A DNA stretch of 64,000 nucleotides from Deltaproteobacteria bacterium. GTDB taxonomy: Bacteria; Myxococcota; JACRCW01. The position numbers were made by a program, and so were the translations under genes. Each line of letters opens with the position of its first letter. The first letter of the stretch is position 1. A model generated the notes under the pieces. It was given only the letters and a program-made list of their open reading frames with translations, was not told the DNA's origin and did no database searches. This document shows, one piece after another, positions 45,516 to 55,004 of this stretch. The stretch covers positions 1-64,000 of the forward strand of contig JACRCW010000040.1 of NCBI GenBank assembly GCA_016218805.1, written 5' to 3'.

Positions 45516-47543
45516 TCACCGCGCGCGGATGCTGGCGGGCAGTTTGATGAGACCGGCAGCCACCCCACCGGCAACGCCGGCGGCGGTCATCAACGCGGCC
45601 AGGAACACGCCCAACAGCATGGCGGCAATGGGGTGCATCCGCCGGCGTCGCGTCGGCGGCGGTGGCGGCGCCGGCTCGTCGTCCGCGCGCACACGCACCG
45701 TGGGTTCCGCGGGCGGCTTGGGCGTCGCTGCCGCTGGCGCGCTCTTGGCAGTGCGGACCGACAGCGACAACGTTTCGACGATGGGCTCAAGCGCGGAATT
45801 GCTCACCGGTGGCGGCGGCAGCTCGTCCATGATCGCGTCCAGCCCGGGGTCGGTGACGGGCGGCGGCGGCGGCGGCGGGCGGGCCGCGGGGCGGCGCGGT
45901 TCGGGTGGTGCGGGCTCGTCGTCGGGCGGGGGCGGCGGTGGCGGCCCGGGTGACGGCGGCGGCGGTGGATCCGCGCGGATGTCCAGCTCGCGCACGCGGG
46001 CGCCCCGGTTGGTAGGAGAGTCAAACGTCTCACCCGGGTCGGATTCCAGGTCCACGGCGAACCCCGGCGACGTCACGGGTGGCTCCACCATCCCCGGAGC
46101 AATGGACGGGACCTCCGCGGTTGCGGACATGTCCTCCATCGCCTGCTTGATTGCCGCCTCCACGGCCGCGCGGTCCTCCACGCGGGTGGCGCCCTCGGTC
46201 CCGTCGTCAAACCCGGCGGGCGCTCCGGTGTTCTCGTTCTGCAGGAGCGCCATTTCCTCGGAGCTCAGCATCACCGCCTGGGTCTTGACGTCTGAGGACG
46301 ACGGCTCAGCGGGCGGCGGCGGCGGCACGCGCGCGGCAGGCACCGCGGGCATGGTGGGCGGCGGCCGCGGCGGGGCCGGGCGCGGTCCGGCCGCGGCGGG
46401 TTGCGGCGGATCACTGCCGGGCATGGTGGGCCCGCCCACCATGTCCTCCAGTTGCAGGGCGCGGCTCCACGCGGGCCCGGTCTTCTTCCCCGGTTGGGTG
46501 TTCTCCGCGGCACGGTCGCGCACCACCGGCGCTGCGGCGGGCGTGCGGGTGCGCGCGGGCGGCGCCGCCTGCTGCAGTTCCGCCACCCGCACGCGCTCCT
46601 TGTCCGTGCCGCGCGGGAACAGCGCCTCCATGAACGCCGCCACGTAGCTCTGTGTGGACCCCTTGCCGGTGCCCTTCACAAACGTCTCCAGCGCGTTCTT
46701 CATCTCCCCCGCGGACGCCCACCGCTTCACCCGGTTCTTCTCCAGGGCGCGCATGCAGATCTGGTCCAGCGCTACGGGGACGGACGGATTGAGCGCGCGC
46801 GGTGACTGCGGGTCCCGCGTGGTGATGGCGGTGAGGACCTCCACCTCGTTGGTCCCGGAGAACGGGACTGTGTAGGTCAGCAGTTCATAGAGCGTGACGC
46901 CCATGGCAAACACGTCCGCCCGCCCGTCCAGCTTCTCACCGGTGATGGCCTCCGGTGCCACGTAGCCCAGCTTGCCCTTGATGACGCCCTGCTGCGTGCG
47001 GCCCTCCATGTTGGCCGCCTTGGCAATGCCAAAGTCCACCACCTTCACCTGGCCCTCGTAGGTGATGACAATGTTTTCCGGGCTCATGTCACGGTGGACC
47101 AGGTTGAGGTGGCTGCCGTCCTCCGCGCGCAGCGTGTGGGCGTGCTCCAGGCCCGCCAGGCTGTCCGCCACAATGCGGCCCATCAGTTCATACGGGACAT
47201 ACGCGCGGCGCTGGTAGCAGGCGCGCGCCACGCGCAGCAGGTTGCGGCCGTCCAGGAACTCCATCACCAGGGCGTGCACGCCGCCCTCGTCACCCACGTC
47301 AAACACGCGCACAATGTTGGGATGTTCCAGGCGGCGGGCCACGGAGGCTTCGTCCAGGAACATGCGCACAAACTGGGGGTCGGACACCAGGTTGGGACGG
47401 ATGCGCTTGATGACCACGGGCGGGCCCGCGCCGCGGCGCGCCAGGTACACCTCGGCCATGCCGCCCTGCGCCAGCAGGCCCAGCACCTGGTAGCCCAGCA
47501 CGGAGGTGCCGGGCTTCAAGGATGGCGTCTGCGTCTCCGTCAC
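45516..47543 (-). CDS. Ser/Thr protein kinase with long Pro-rich region and C-terminal TM anchor
   Basis: LAQGGMAEVY, VVIKRI, HRDMSPEN, VDFGIAK, GKLGYVAPE, DVFAMG; C-terminal hydrophobic helix. Confidence 0.93.
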   Translation of the reverse strand: MTETQTPSLKPGTSVLGYQVLGLLAQGGMAEVYLARRGAGPPVVIKRIRPNLVSDPQFVRMFLDEASVARRLEHPNIVRVFDVGDEGGVHALVMEFLDGRNLLRVARACYQRRAYVPYELMGRIVADSLAGLEHAHTLRAEDGSHLNLVHRDMSPENIVITYEGQVKVVDFGIAKAANMEGRTQQGVIKGKLGYVAPEAITGEKLDGRADVFAMGVTLYELLTYTVPFSGTNEVEVLTAITTRDPQSPRALNPSVPVALDQICMRALEKNRVKRWASAGEMKNALETFVKGTGKGSTQSYVAAFMEALFPRGTDKERVRVAELQQAAPPARTRTPAAAPVVRDRAAENTQPGKKTGPAWSRALQLEDMVGGPTMPGSDPPQPAAAGPRPAPPRPPPTMPAVPAARVPPPPPAEPSSSDVKTQAVMLSSEEMALLQNENTGAPAGFDDGTEGATRVEDRAAVEAAIKQAMEDMSATAEVPSIAPGMVEPPVTSPGFAVDLESDPGETFDSPTNRGARVRELDIRADPPPPPSPGPPPPPPPDDEPAPPEPRRPAARPPPPPPPVTDPGLDAIMDELPPPPVSNSALEPIVETLSLSVRTAKSAPAAATPKPPAEPTVRVRADDEPAPPPPPTRRRRMHPIAAMLLGVFLAALMTAAGVAGGVAAGLIKLPASIRAR

Positions 47544-47642
47544 GACGTCCGCCGAAACCCCATCCCCCGTCGACCGGGGGTCTCCCGCACACTAGTTCAG
47601 GCCGCGGTTCCGCCCCACTTTTCGGCGCGCAGCCGCACGCCC

Positions 47643-48731
47643 TCAGGCCGCCGGGGCCCGCTTCCAGCTCTGCAGCAGGCCCACGGTGGGCGGCGTGGGT
47701 CCGCGGAAGTACCAGTTGGTGGACTGGGACACGTACAGGCCCCACGCGTGCACCAGCGTGCTGCGCGGGTAGCGGGCCAGGCTGACCAGCGCCTCGCGCC
47801 ACATGCGCGGCCGGGTCAGCGCAGCGCGCTGGATGACGCCCAGGCAGAACTCGGCGCTCAGCCGGTAGTCCTCGCTGATGTCCTCCTCGCGCTCCAACCT
47901 GAAGTGCGGCTCCCCGCGCGCGGCCAGCCGCTCCTGCACGGCGGCCAGCTCGCCCCGGCACGGGTGCCAGCCGTTGTACATGTGGTGCAGCCACCCAAAG
48001 TGGTACGCGTCCGAACCGGCCGGGTGCCGGAACGGGCTGCGCAGCAATTCCGCCGGGTCCGGGCGCCGCAGGAAGTGGATGGTGGAGTTCACCACCCGGC
48101 CCGCGGCCGAGCGGGGATCCAGCACGCGCGCCAGGATGCGGAACAGCTGTTCGTGAATGGCTCCGTCCCGCCCCGCCACCACGTCCCGCGGCTGCACAAA
48201 GTGCTCCAGCGACCCCTTGAGCACCACCGCATCAAACTGCCCGTCCCACTCCGGGCCGATGTCCCGGTAGTTGAGGCGGTAGGCCGTCAGACCGCGGCGC
48301 GTGCATTCGTCCACCTGCGCCGGCACCAGCGTGATGCCCACGGCCTCCGCGCCCAGCGCCGCGGCCTCCGCCAGCAGTTCACCGTTGCCACACCCTATGT
48401 CCAGCACCCGCGGCCGGCCCGGCCCTTCCCACCGGCCACCCTCGCGCCCAAACAGGCCCAGCTCCACAATCTTGCGGTTCTGCAGCCGGTGCGCCTCGTC
48501 GTGCGGGCGCTTTGGGTCATCCGCGTAACGGCCCTCGTTGTAACCGGCCAGGCCCGCGCCCTTGAACACAATCCGGTGGAACGGACCGCTGTAGCAATCC
48601 ACCACGCCCGGCTCCCCCGTGGACGTCGCCAGCGCGCGCGGCGGCGGCAGCGGTCGGGCGCGCGCTCCGTCGGCGGGACCTCGCTCCGCCGCGGGCTTTT
48701 CCGGTTGCGTCGTCGTGGTCGCGTCCAGCAT
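47643..48731 (-). CDS. Class I SAM-dependent methyltransferase (cyclopropane-fatty-acyl-phospholipid synthase-like)
   Basis: RVLDIGCGNG, GITLVPAQ, NYRD, QFDAVV...SLEHF, EDYRL. Confidence 0.78.
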   Translation of the reverse strand: MLDATTTTQPEKPAAERGPADGARARPLPPPRALATSTGEPGVVDCYSGPFHRIVFKGAGLAGYNEGRYADDPKRPHDEAHRLQNRKIVELGLFGREGGRWEGPGRPRVLDIGCGNGELLAEAAALGAEAVGITLVPAQVDECTRRGLTAYRLNYRDIGPEWDGQFDAVVLKGSLEHFVQPRDVVAGRDGAIHEQLFRILARVLDPRSAAGRVVNSTIHFLRRPDPAELLRSPFRHPAGSDAYHFGWLHHMYNGWHPCRGELAAVQERLAARGEPHFRLEREEDISEDYRLSAEFCLGVIQRAALTRPRMWREALVSLARYPRSTLVHAWGLYVSQSTNWYFRGPTPPTVGLLQSWKRAPAA

Positions 48732-48907
48732 CGCTCACCCCCTGCGTGGCACGCCGTCCGGCGGCACCCGGGACGTTCTCCAATACCGGTTCGGCGTGCA
48801 AGGCACGCGGCCACGCGCCCGTTCCCCGGGCCGTGCTGCGCCTTGTGGGCGGACGCGCCCCTTGGCAGAGTGGCCGGACTTCCACACAGCCGGAGCGTCC
48901 TCCTCCC

Positions 48908-50104
48908 GTGCAGTCACCCTTCATCCCCGCCACCTCGCCCCGGTCCACCGGCAAGGGACGCGTCCTCATTGTGGATGACGAACCGGCCGTCCTGGCCGTG
49001 TTCCGCAAGCTGGTGGCGCGGGACGGTTTTGACGTGGAGACCGCGGAGAGCGGCGAAGCCGCGCTGGAACTGGTCCGGGCTTCCCGGTTCGACGCGATTG
49101 TCAGTGACATCGCCATGCCCGGGATGAGCGGGATTGACCTGCTGCGCGCCGTGCGCGCGCATGACCTGGATGTCCCGGTGCTGTTGCTCACCGGCGGTCC
49201 CAGCGTGGAGACCGCGGCCTACGCGGTGGAACTGGGCGCGTACCGCTACCTGCTCAAGCCCATTGAAATCGGCGTGCTGGTGAAGACCATTGGTGACGCG
49301 GTGGCGCGGCACCGCCTGGCCCAGGTCCGCCGCGAGGCCGCCGAGCAACTGGGCGCCACCGCCGGTCCCATCTCGGACCGCGCGGGCCTGGAGGTGCGTT
49401 TCCAACGTGCCCTGGACACGCTTTGGATGGCTTACCAGCCGGTGGTGTCCTGGTCGGAGCGGCGTATCTATGGCTACGAAGCGCTCATGCGCTGCCGGGA
49501 GCCGGCGCTGCCGCACCCCGGGGCCGTCCTGGACGCCGCGGAACGGCTGGGGCGGCTGGACGACCTGTCCCGCGTGGTGCGTGACCAGGTGGGCCGCGCG
49601 GTGGCCTCCCTGGCCGACGGCGAGTTCATGCTCATCAACCTCCACGCCAACGACCTGCTGGATGAGACGCTGTACGCGGCGGACTCGCAACTCACGCGCC
49701 ACGCGGCGCGCGTCATCCTGGAGATCACCGAGCGCGCGTCACTGGAGCACGTCCACGACGTGCGCGCGCGCGTGGTGCGGCTGCGCGCCCATGGCTTCCG
49801 CGTGGCTGTGGATGACCTGGGCGCCGGCTACGCGGGCCTCACCAGCCTGGCCCAGTTGGAGCCGGACGTCGTCAAGCTGGACATGTCCCTGGTGCGCGGC
49901 GTCAACCTGGAACCCATCAAGCAGCGGCTGGTCGGCTCGTTTGCCACCCTGTGCCGGGACCTCCACATTGAGGTCATTGCCGAGGGCGTGGAAACGGCAG
50001 AGGAACGCGACGCGGTGGTGGCGTGCGGTGGCAACCTGCTGCAGGGGTTCCTGTTCGGCCGGCCCCAACCGGGCTTTCAGGGAGCGACCTGGCCGCGAGG
50101 GTGA
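48908..50104 (+). CDS. Response regulator with EAL c-di-GMP phosphodiesterase domain
   Basis: VLIVDDE...DIAMP...KP (REC); YQPVV, YEALMR, INL, LEITE, DDLGAG, KLD, AEGVE, QGF (EAL). Start uncertain. Confidence 0.92.
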   Translation: MQSPFIPATSPRSTGKGRVLIVDDEPAVLAVFRKLVARDGFDVETAESGEAALELVRASRFDAIVSDIAMPGMSGIDLLRAVRAHDLDVPVLLLTGGPSVETAAYAVELGAYRYLLKPIEIGVLVKTIGDAVARHRLAQVRREAAEQLGATAGPISDRAGLEVRFQRALDTLWMAYQPVVSWSERRIYGYEALMRCREPALPHPGAVLDAAERLGRLDDLSRVVRDQVGRAVASLADGEFMLINLHANDLLDETLYAADSQLTRHAARVILEITERASLEHVHDVRARVVRLRAHGFRVAVDDLGAGYAGLTSLAQLEPDVVKLDMSLVRGVNLEPIKQRLVGSFATLCRDLHIEVIAEGVETAEERDAVVACGGNLLQGFLFGRPQPGFQGATWPRG

Positions 50105-50160
50105 GGCCGGCGTGCGGGAACCACGCCCGGTTTGCGTTGTCCTCCCTGTGGGAGGTGCGC

Positions 50161-50610
50161 ATGGGTGGTGCCATCACCGCAGAACCGGGCCGGACGGGGC
50201 GCAAGCCGGTGGATGCGGTACTGAACCTGGTCCCGTTCATTGATCTGCTGTCCAGCCTGATTGCGTTCCTGCTCATGACGGCGGTGTGGGCGCAGTTGTC
50301 CGCCCTGGCCGCGTCGTCGGCAGGCGGCGCCGCGGTGCCGGATGTCCCCGCGCCGGGGGTGACGGTGTATGCGGGATCAGCCGGTTTCACTGTGCACGCC
50401 GGTGACCTGCGGCGGGAGATTCCCAAGGTGGATGGCGTCCATGACGTCAAGACGCTCAGTGAGGTGCTGTCCGGATTGCGGCACACGCTGGAGGGAGAAC
50501 CCACGGTACAGGTGATGCCCGACGACGACGTCAGCTACGAGTCCGTGGTGGGCGTGCTGGATGCAAGCAACGCAGCGGGGATGCCCAACGTCACGGTGGT
50601 GGGACGGTAG
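50161..50610 (+). CDS. ExbD/TolR-family biopolymer transport protein
   Basis: GGAGG RBS; LNLVPFIDLLSSLIAFLLMT TM segment with the conserved Asp; PDDDVSYESVVGVLD. Confidence 0.88.
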   Translation: MGGAITAEPGRTGRKPVDAVLNLVPFIDLLSSLIAFLLMTAVWAQLSALAASSAGGAAVPDVPAPGVTVYAGSAGFTVHAGDLRREIPKVDGVHDVKTLSEVLSGLRHTLEGEPTVQVMPDDDVSYESVVGVLDASNAAGMPNVTVVGR

Positions 50611-50857
50611 CGTCCTCGACGGGTCCGCCCCGCTCCAGTCACCCCAGGCGCAGTGCTCGGTCGGACTTGGGGATCTGATAGCGTGTCGCCGTGGCCAGGC
50701 ACCAGCGTCATGGCCATCCACGACGACGGACGGATGTGCTGGTCATTGGCATTCCTTCGCGATCGGGCGTGATGAAGTTGGGCTGCTCGGCGCCCGTTTC
50801 ACCGACGATTCACACGGCGTGCGGGTGCGGTTCATTGCGCCCAGCGATCCTTTCGCC

Positions 50858-51334
50858 ATGCCGACATCACATGGCGCGCGTGCGCAGCGAACCACGACGA
50901 CAGGACCTTCAGACGGCGGTCGCTGCGGCGTCTGCGGCGTAGCGATCCGCCTCGGTGGCACGAGGATTCCGCGAATCGGGTCGGGCCGGCAGCGCGTGGT
51001 CTTCACCCTGCTCCACCTGGGCGCGTTCTCCGCGGTGGTCGCCGCCAGCGTGGCCATGAACGGCCTGGACTGCGGCATCGCCGAGGTGTTTGCGACCTAC
51101 GTTCTCGCGGCGGTCATCCTCCCGTTTGTGACGCTGGCCCTGGCCCGGGCGGTTGCAGGTCGGCGGGCCGTTGGCGGACTACGCGTGGCCTGTGTCCAGT
51201 GTGCGCCGGCCGAAGTGCGGTGGGAGTGGACCCGCTGGTGGGGGCGCTCCGCACGGTGGGCCTTGGCCCTCGCACTGGCTCCCTTCGCGCCGCTGGTGGC
51301 CGGGTTCTGCGTCTCCGTGCTTCAACGCGGGTAG
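50858..51334 (+). CDS. Hypothetical small membrane protein with CxxC pairs
   Basis: ORF with about three TM segments, CGVCG and CVQC; start chosen at ATG 50858. Confidence 0.45.
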   Translation: MPTSHGARAQRTTTTGPSDGGRCGVCGVAIRLGGTRIPRIGSGRQRVVFTLLHLGAFSAVVAASVAMNGLDCGIAEVFATYVLAAVILPFVTLALARAVAGRRAVGGLRVACVQCAPAEVRWEWTRWWGRSARWALALALAPFAPLVAGFCVSVLQRG

Positions 51335-51432
51335 CTTCTTCCAAGCAGGGGAAAACACTGAGACCGCCGTCCGTTCTGCGCGTCAACGAGGGGGCACTGG
51401 CCAAGGCCGCCGCGACCGCCTATTCTGAAAGT

Positions 51433-51693
51433 ATGAAAGTCGGAAATGAAGTGGTGCAGGTGTCCCCGCGGGGCCAGATCACGCTGCCACAGCACGTCCG
51501 CAAAGAACTCGGACTGGAGCCCGGAGATGCACTGTTGGTGAGCCTGGTGGATGGCCGCATCGTCCTCCAACCGGCGTCGGTGCTGCCCATCGAGACCTAT
51601 TCCGAGGAGCGCATCCGGGAGTTCGACGCGGCTGCCAAGGTGACGCCCGCGGAACTGGCGAAGATCGACAAGCGCTGGGGTCTGCGCCGGTGA
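51433..51693 (+). CDS. vapB: AbrB/MazE-type antitoxin
   Basis: VSPRGQITLPQHVRKELGLEPGD...GRIVLQP; GTGA overlap with the PIN gene. Confidence 0.9.
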   Translation: MKVGNEVVQVSPRGQITLPQHVRKELGLEPGDALLVSLVDGRIVLQPASVLPIETYSEERIREFDAAAKVTPAELAKIDKRWGLRR

Positions 51694-52115
51694 AGGGCGC
51701 GGCACGGGTGTTCCTCGACGCCAACGTGCTGTTCTTTGCGGCCCTCGGCGGGCCGCTGTTTCAGCGCCTCTGGCTTCTGGCGGAGCATCAGCGTGTGGTG
51801 CTGCTCACCAGTGCACATTGCCTGGACGAGGCACTGCGCAATGTCACCCGCAAGCGACCGGTCGCGACGGACGCGCTGACGCAGTGCGCGGCGGCGGTCC
51901 TCATCGTGGCGGAGGGCGACGTGGAACGGCAGGTGTGGGCGCGCGCGTTGCTGCCCGAGCATGATGCGCCGGTGTTGGCCGCCGCCGTTGATGCGCGAGC
52001 CCACGCCCTCATCACCGGCGACGTGAAGCACTTCGGTCCCCTGATGGCGCGGACGGACCTGCCGTTGCGGGTTCGCACCATTCGCAACTTCTTTCTTGAG
52101 GGACCAGGACGCTGA
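51690..52115 (+). CDS. vapC: PIN-domain toxin
   Basis: VFLDANVLF, E, LPEHDAPVLAAA, LITGDVKHF. Confidence 0.9.
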   Translation: MKGAARVFLDANVLFFAALGGPLFQRLWLLAEHQRVVLLTSAHCLDEALRNVTRKRPVATDALTQCAAAVLIVAEGDVERQVWARALLPEHDAPVLAAAVDARAHALITGDVKHFGPLMARTDLPLRVRTIRNFFLEGPGR

Positions 52116-52378
52116 CCGCGGCCAGGACGGCCCAGCCGCGGCAGCGCGCTTGCGCCTCGCGTCGCGTCCACGGACGTCCCATGAGAGCCAGTCCAGGTTG
52201 CGCGCGTTGGCAGCCGCTCGCACCCGCTCGGCACGTTCCAGCAGAACCGGAAGGACGTGATGTCATCACGCCGTGCACGACAACGAAGACAGCAGCGCTG
52301 AGCAAGTCTTGCTTTCGTGGGCTCTTGAATACACGCTCCGCCTGCCGTCATGTCGCGCAATGAAGACCCTGCACCACT

Positions 52379-52829
52379 CTAGAAACCAGGCCACCACATG
52401 TGGAGACAATAGGACGCCAAGAACTCATCGAAATCACGGGCAACACACACGATTTCCCCGCCATCATGGTCCGCGAGCATCAGGCTGCCATTCCGGTCGA
52501 GCCCGATGGGATTGCCGGAGTGATCAGCGGATACCACGATCCAATCCGCGACACCTGGCCACCCCTGCGCGCGATATCGCTTGGTTACGTCGACATCTGA
52601 CCAAGAGCTCTTGCCCATCGGCTCCGCCTTTCGCAGCCCGAACACGGGATAGCCGCCCACCATCCCGCCGCCGTAGGCCTGGAGAAAGGCGCGGTAGGAA
52701 TCCGGGAACCGCATTTCCTATCGTTCTCTCCGCGACAGCAATCTCCGCCTCGGATGGCACCTCTGCTGCCCTCATGACTGGAAAGCGGCGAAATTGTTCA
52801 TCGAGCGCAACACGAATGGCTGTCTTCAT
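52379..52829 (-). pseudogene. SMI1/KNR4 (SUKH) immunity protein, frameshifted
   Basis: MKTAIRV...PSEAEIAVAERTIG in one frame continues as MRFPDSYRAFLQAYGGG...DHSGNPI...VARDFDEFL in another. One extra A sits in the run at 52714-52716. Confidence 0.8.
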
Positions 52830-53030
52830 TCCACCCCTCGTTTCGAATGCGGCCAATGGTCTTCCCTCCACGCATTGAACTCGGCGCGGTCCTTCTTCGT
52901 CAGTCCGGAGCCGATGACGAAGCGTCTTGCCACCGCGCTGAAGGCAGCACTCTGGTGCACCGGGAGAACGCGACCGCGCTGCCCGATCAGGCGCGCGAAA
53001 GCGGGTCCGCATGGCGCTCCAGGCATTGGA
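52826..53030 (-). pseudogene. Decayed polymorphic-toxin C-terminal tip (LHH-type HNH/EndoVII nuclease-like)
   Basis: Ends SGLTKKDRAEFNAWREDHW with an ATGA overlap onto the SUKH gene. Upstream fragments LER-MRT..AP-IGQRG...VHQ are spread across frames. Confidence 0.5.
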
Positions 53031-53104
53031 GACATGTTGGAGACAGGCCTGATCTCCGTGCTCAAGGTAAAGTTAGGTCGGTGATACAAAAGAGGAAAAA
53101 GGCA

Positions 53105-53191
53105 CGGAGGGGGAGGGATTCGAACCCTCGGTGACGTTGCCGCCACGCTGGTTTTCAAGACCAGTTCCTTAAGCCGCTCGGACACCCCTCC
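53105..53191 (-). tRNA. tRNA-Ser (anticodon TGA), CCA not encoded
   Basis: GGAGGGG/CCCCTCC acceptor stem, anticodon arm CTGGT-CTTGAAA-ACCAG, long variable arm, GGTTCGAATCC T-arm, G discriminator. Confidence 0.97.
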
Positions 53192-53319
53192 AGGGCGCGC
53201 GTGTTCCTATCCCGCGCGGCGAAAAATTTGGAGAGCGCCGCCACTTGGTGTCCACTGGAGCCGGGTGGAGCGCGCGGGTGCCGCTTGGATGCACCCACCG
53301 CCACCGACGGGAGGAAACC

Positions 53320-54603
53320 ATGGAAACCGGCGAATCCCGCATGCACGAACGGGTGCCGTTCACGGGCAGGGTGGCGGTGCTGGCATCGCCCTCCTCGCCG
53401 CCGCTGCGGCTGCTGGCGCGTGACCTGGGCGAGGGCGGCATCAGCCTTGCCTCAAACCACCCGTTCCGCCGCGGGGACCGGGTGGGCCTGCGGCTCACCA
53501 CCGCCGCGCATGAACTCACCATCCCCGTCAGTGAAGTGGCGTGGGTGGTGCGCGAGGTGAAGGGCAGCAGCCGGATCCCCACCGTGGGACTGCGCTTCAT
53601 CAACCTGCGCCCGCACGAACGCCAGGCGCTCAAGCGAATTGTCGACGAGGCGGGCGGAGCGCACGCCGCGCTGCCGCCCCTGCAACCCGCCGGGGATTCC
53701 CCTCCCCTGCCCAGCACCGAGCCCGCCATGCACGCCGAACCCACCCTCGCCTCCTCCCGTTCCTCGCTGCCGCCCCTGGAGTCGGACCTGCCCGCTCCGT
53801 CGGGCGCGCCGTTCTCCAGCCTGCCGCCGCTGGAGCCGTCCATTGGCCATGCGCCCGCGCCGCGCACGCCGCGCTGGGAGCTGAGCCAGGAAGAGCTGTC
53901 CCGCCCGTCCGGGCCGCCGCGCGCCGGCGGCAACCCCTCGCTGGTGTTTGCGGGCGGGCTGCTTGTCGTTGGGACGCTGGCGGGGCTGGTGTTTGGCGTG
54001 CTGGACCAGCGCGGCCGCGCTTCCCCCGACGGTGCCCGCACGGCGGCGGCCAGCCCCGCCCCCCGTGATGAGCCCGCGCCGGTGGATCCCGTCACGGCCC
54101 CGGCGGAGGACGCGCGTCCGGAGCCGGCCCCCGCCATGGTGGCCCCCGTCCGGCAGGCACCCGTGGCGCGGGCAGCCCCGGTGCGCACCGAACCGGTTGC
54201 CACCGCCATGGTCCTGCGCCCCGCCGCCGCGGCCACCGCCGTGGAACGGCGCCCGGCCGTCGTGGAGAAGCCGCTGCCGCTTCCCAACCACCGTCCCGGG
54301 CGCGTGGCGCTGGGCACCCCGGCCGTGCAGGGCAAGGAGGTCGTGATTGCCGTGCGCGGCGCCCGCGCCGTGGACAAGCAGTTCATCCTGCGCGCACCGG
54401 ACCGCGTGGTGCTGGACCTGGCGGCGGACGGCTTTGATGGGGCCAAGGAACTGGCGGGGCGCGCCTCCGTCAGGAAGCTCCGCCTGGGCCAGCGGCCGGG
54501 CGGCGTGCGCCTGGTGGTTGACGTCGCAGATGCCCGCGTGGCCGCGGCCGCCAAGGTGATCCGCCGGGCGGGCACGCTGCTGCTCGTGCTGCCGGCAAAG
54601 TGA
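53320..54603 (+). CDS. Bitopic membrane protein: PilZ domain, Pro-rich linker, TM, Pro/Ala linker, AMIN domain
   Basis: RMHERVP (RxxxR) and DLGEGG (PilZ), VGLRF, single TM; FILRAPDRVVLDL...VRLVVDV (AMIN). Confidence 0.82.
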   Translation: METGESRMHERVPFTGRVAVLASPSSPPLRLLARDLGEGGISLASNHPFRRGDRVGLRLTTAAHELTIPVSEVAWVVREVKGSSRIPTVGLRFINLRPHERQALKRIVDEAGGAHAALPPLQPAGDSPPLPSTEPAMHAEPTLASSRSSLPPLESDLPAPSGAPFSSLPPLEPSIGHAPAPRTPRWELSQEELSRPSGPPRAGGNPSLVFAGGLLVVGTLAGLVFGVLDQRGRASPDGARTAAASPAPRDEPAPVDPVTAPAEDARPEPAPAMVAPVRQAPVARAAPVRTEPVATAMVLRPAAAATAVERRPAVVEKPLPLPNHRPGRVALGTPAVQGKEVVIAVRGARAVDKQFILRAPDRVVLDLAADGFDGAKELAGRASVRKLRLGQRPGGVRLVVDVADARVAAAAKVIRRAGTLLLVLPAK

Positions 54604-54645
54604 CGCGCGCTTGCGTTCGGGCCGGCGCGCGGCCACATCAACGCC

Positions 54646-54990
54646 ATGGCACGTTTCCAACGGCACGCCTTCGTCTGTGAAAACGAACGCGACCCCGCCA
54701 ACCCGCGCGGCTGCTGCAAGCACAAGGGCGGCACGGAGCTGCGCCTGGCGATGAAGAAGATCGTCGACGAGGCCGGGCTCAAGGGGTGCGTGCGGGTCAA
54801 CGTGGCGGGGTGCCTGGATGCCTGCGAGAACGGCCCCGTGGTGGTCATCTACCCGGAAGGCATCTGGTACACGGTGCCCACCCCCGCTGACGCGGAGGAG
54901 GTGGCCCGCGAACACCTGGTGGGCGGCCGCGTGGTGGACCGCCTGCTGATGCAACCCGTGCCTGAGCGCGAGAAGAAACCCGCGCCCTGA
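54646..54990 (+). CDS. Thioredoxin-like [2Fe-2S] ferredoxin
   Basis: HAFVCENER...GCC...AGCLDACENGPVVVIYPEGIWY...EHLVGG. Confidence 0.92.
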   Translation: MARFQRHAFVCENERDPANPRGCCKHKGGTELRLAMKKIVDEAGLKGCVRVNVAGCLDACENGPVVVIYPEGIWYTVPTPADAEEVAREHLVGGRVVDRLLMQPVPEREKKPAP

Positions 54991-55004
54991 CGCACCATCC
55001 CAAC

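Noticed and set aside
52120..52375. Possible further gene fragment on the minus strand (…ARNLDWLSWDVRGR…)
   Set aside because: Too short and interrupted to assign to any family.
50611..53104. Intact prophage or integrative element at tRNA-Ser
   Set aside because: No integrase, no phage genes and no att duplication found by eye.
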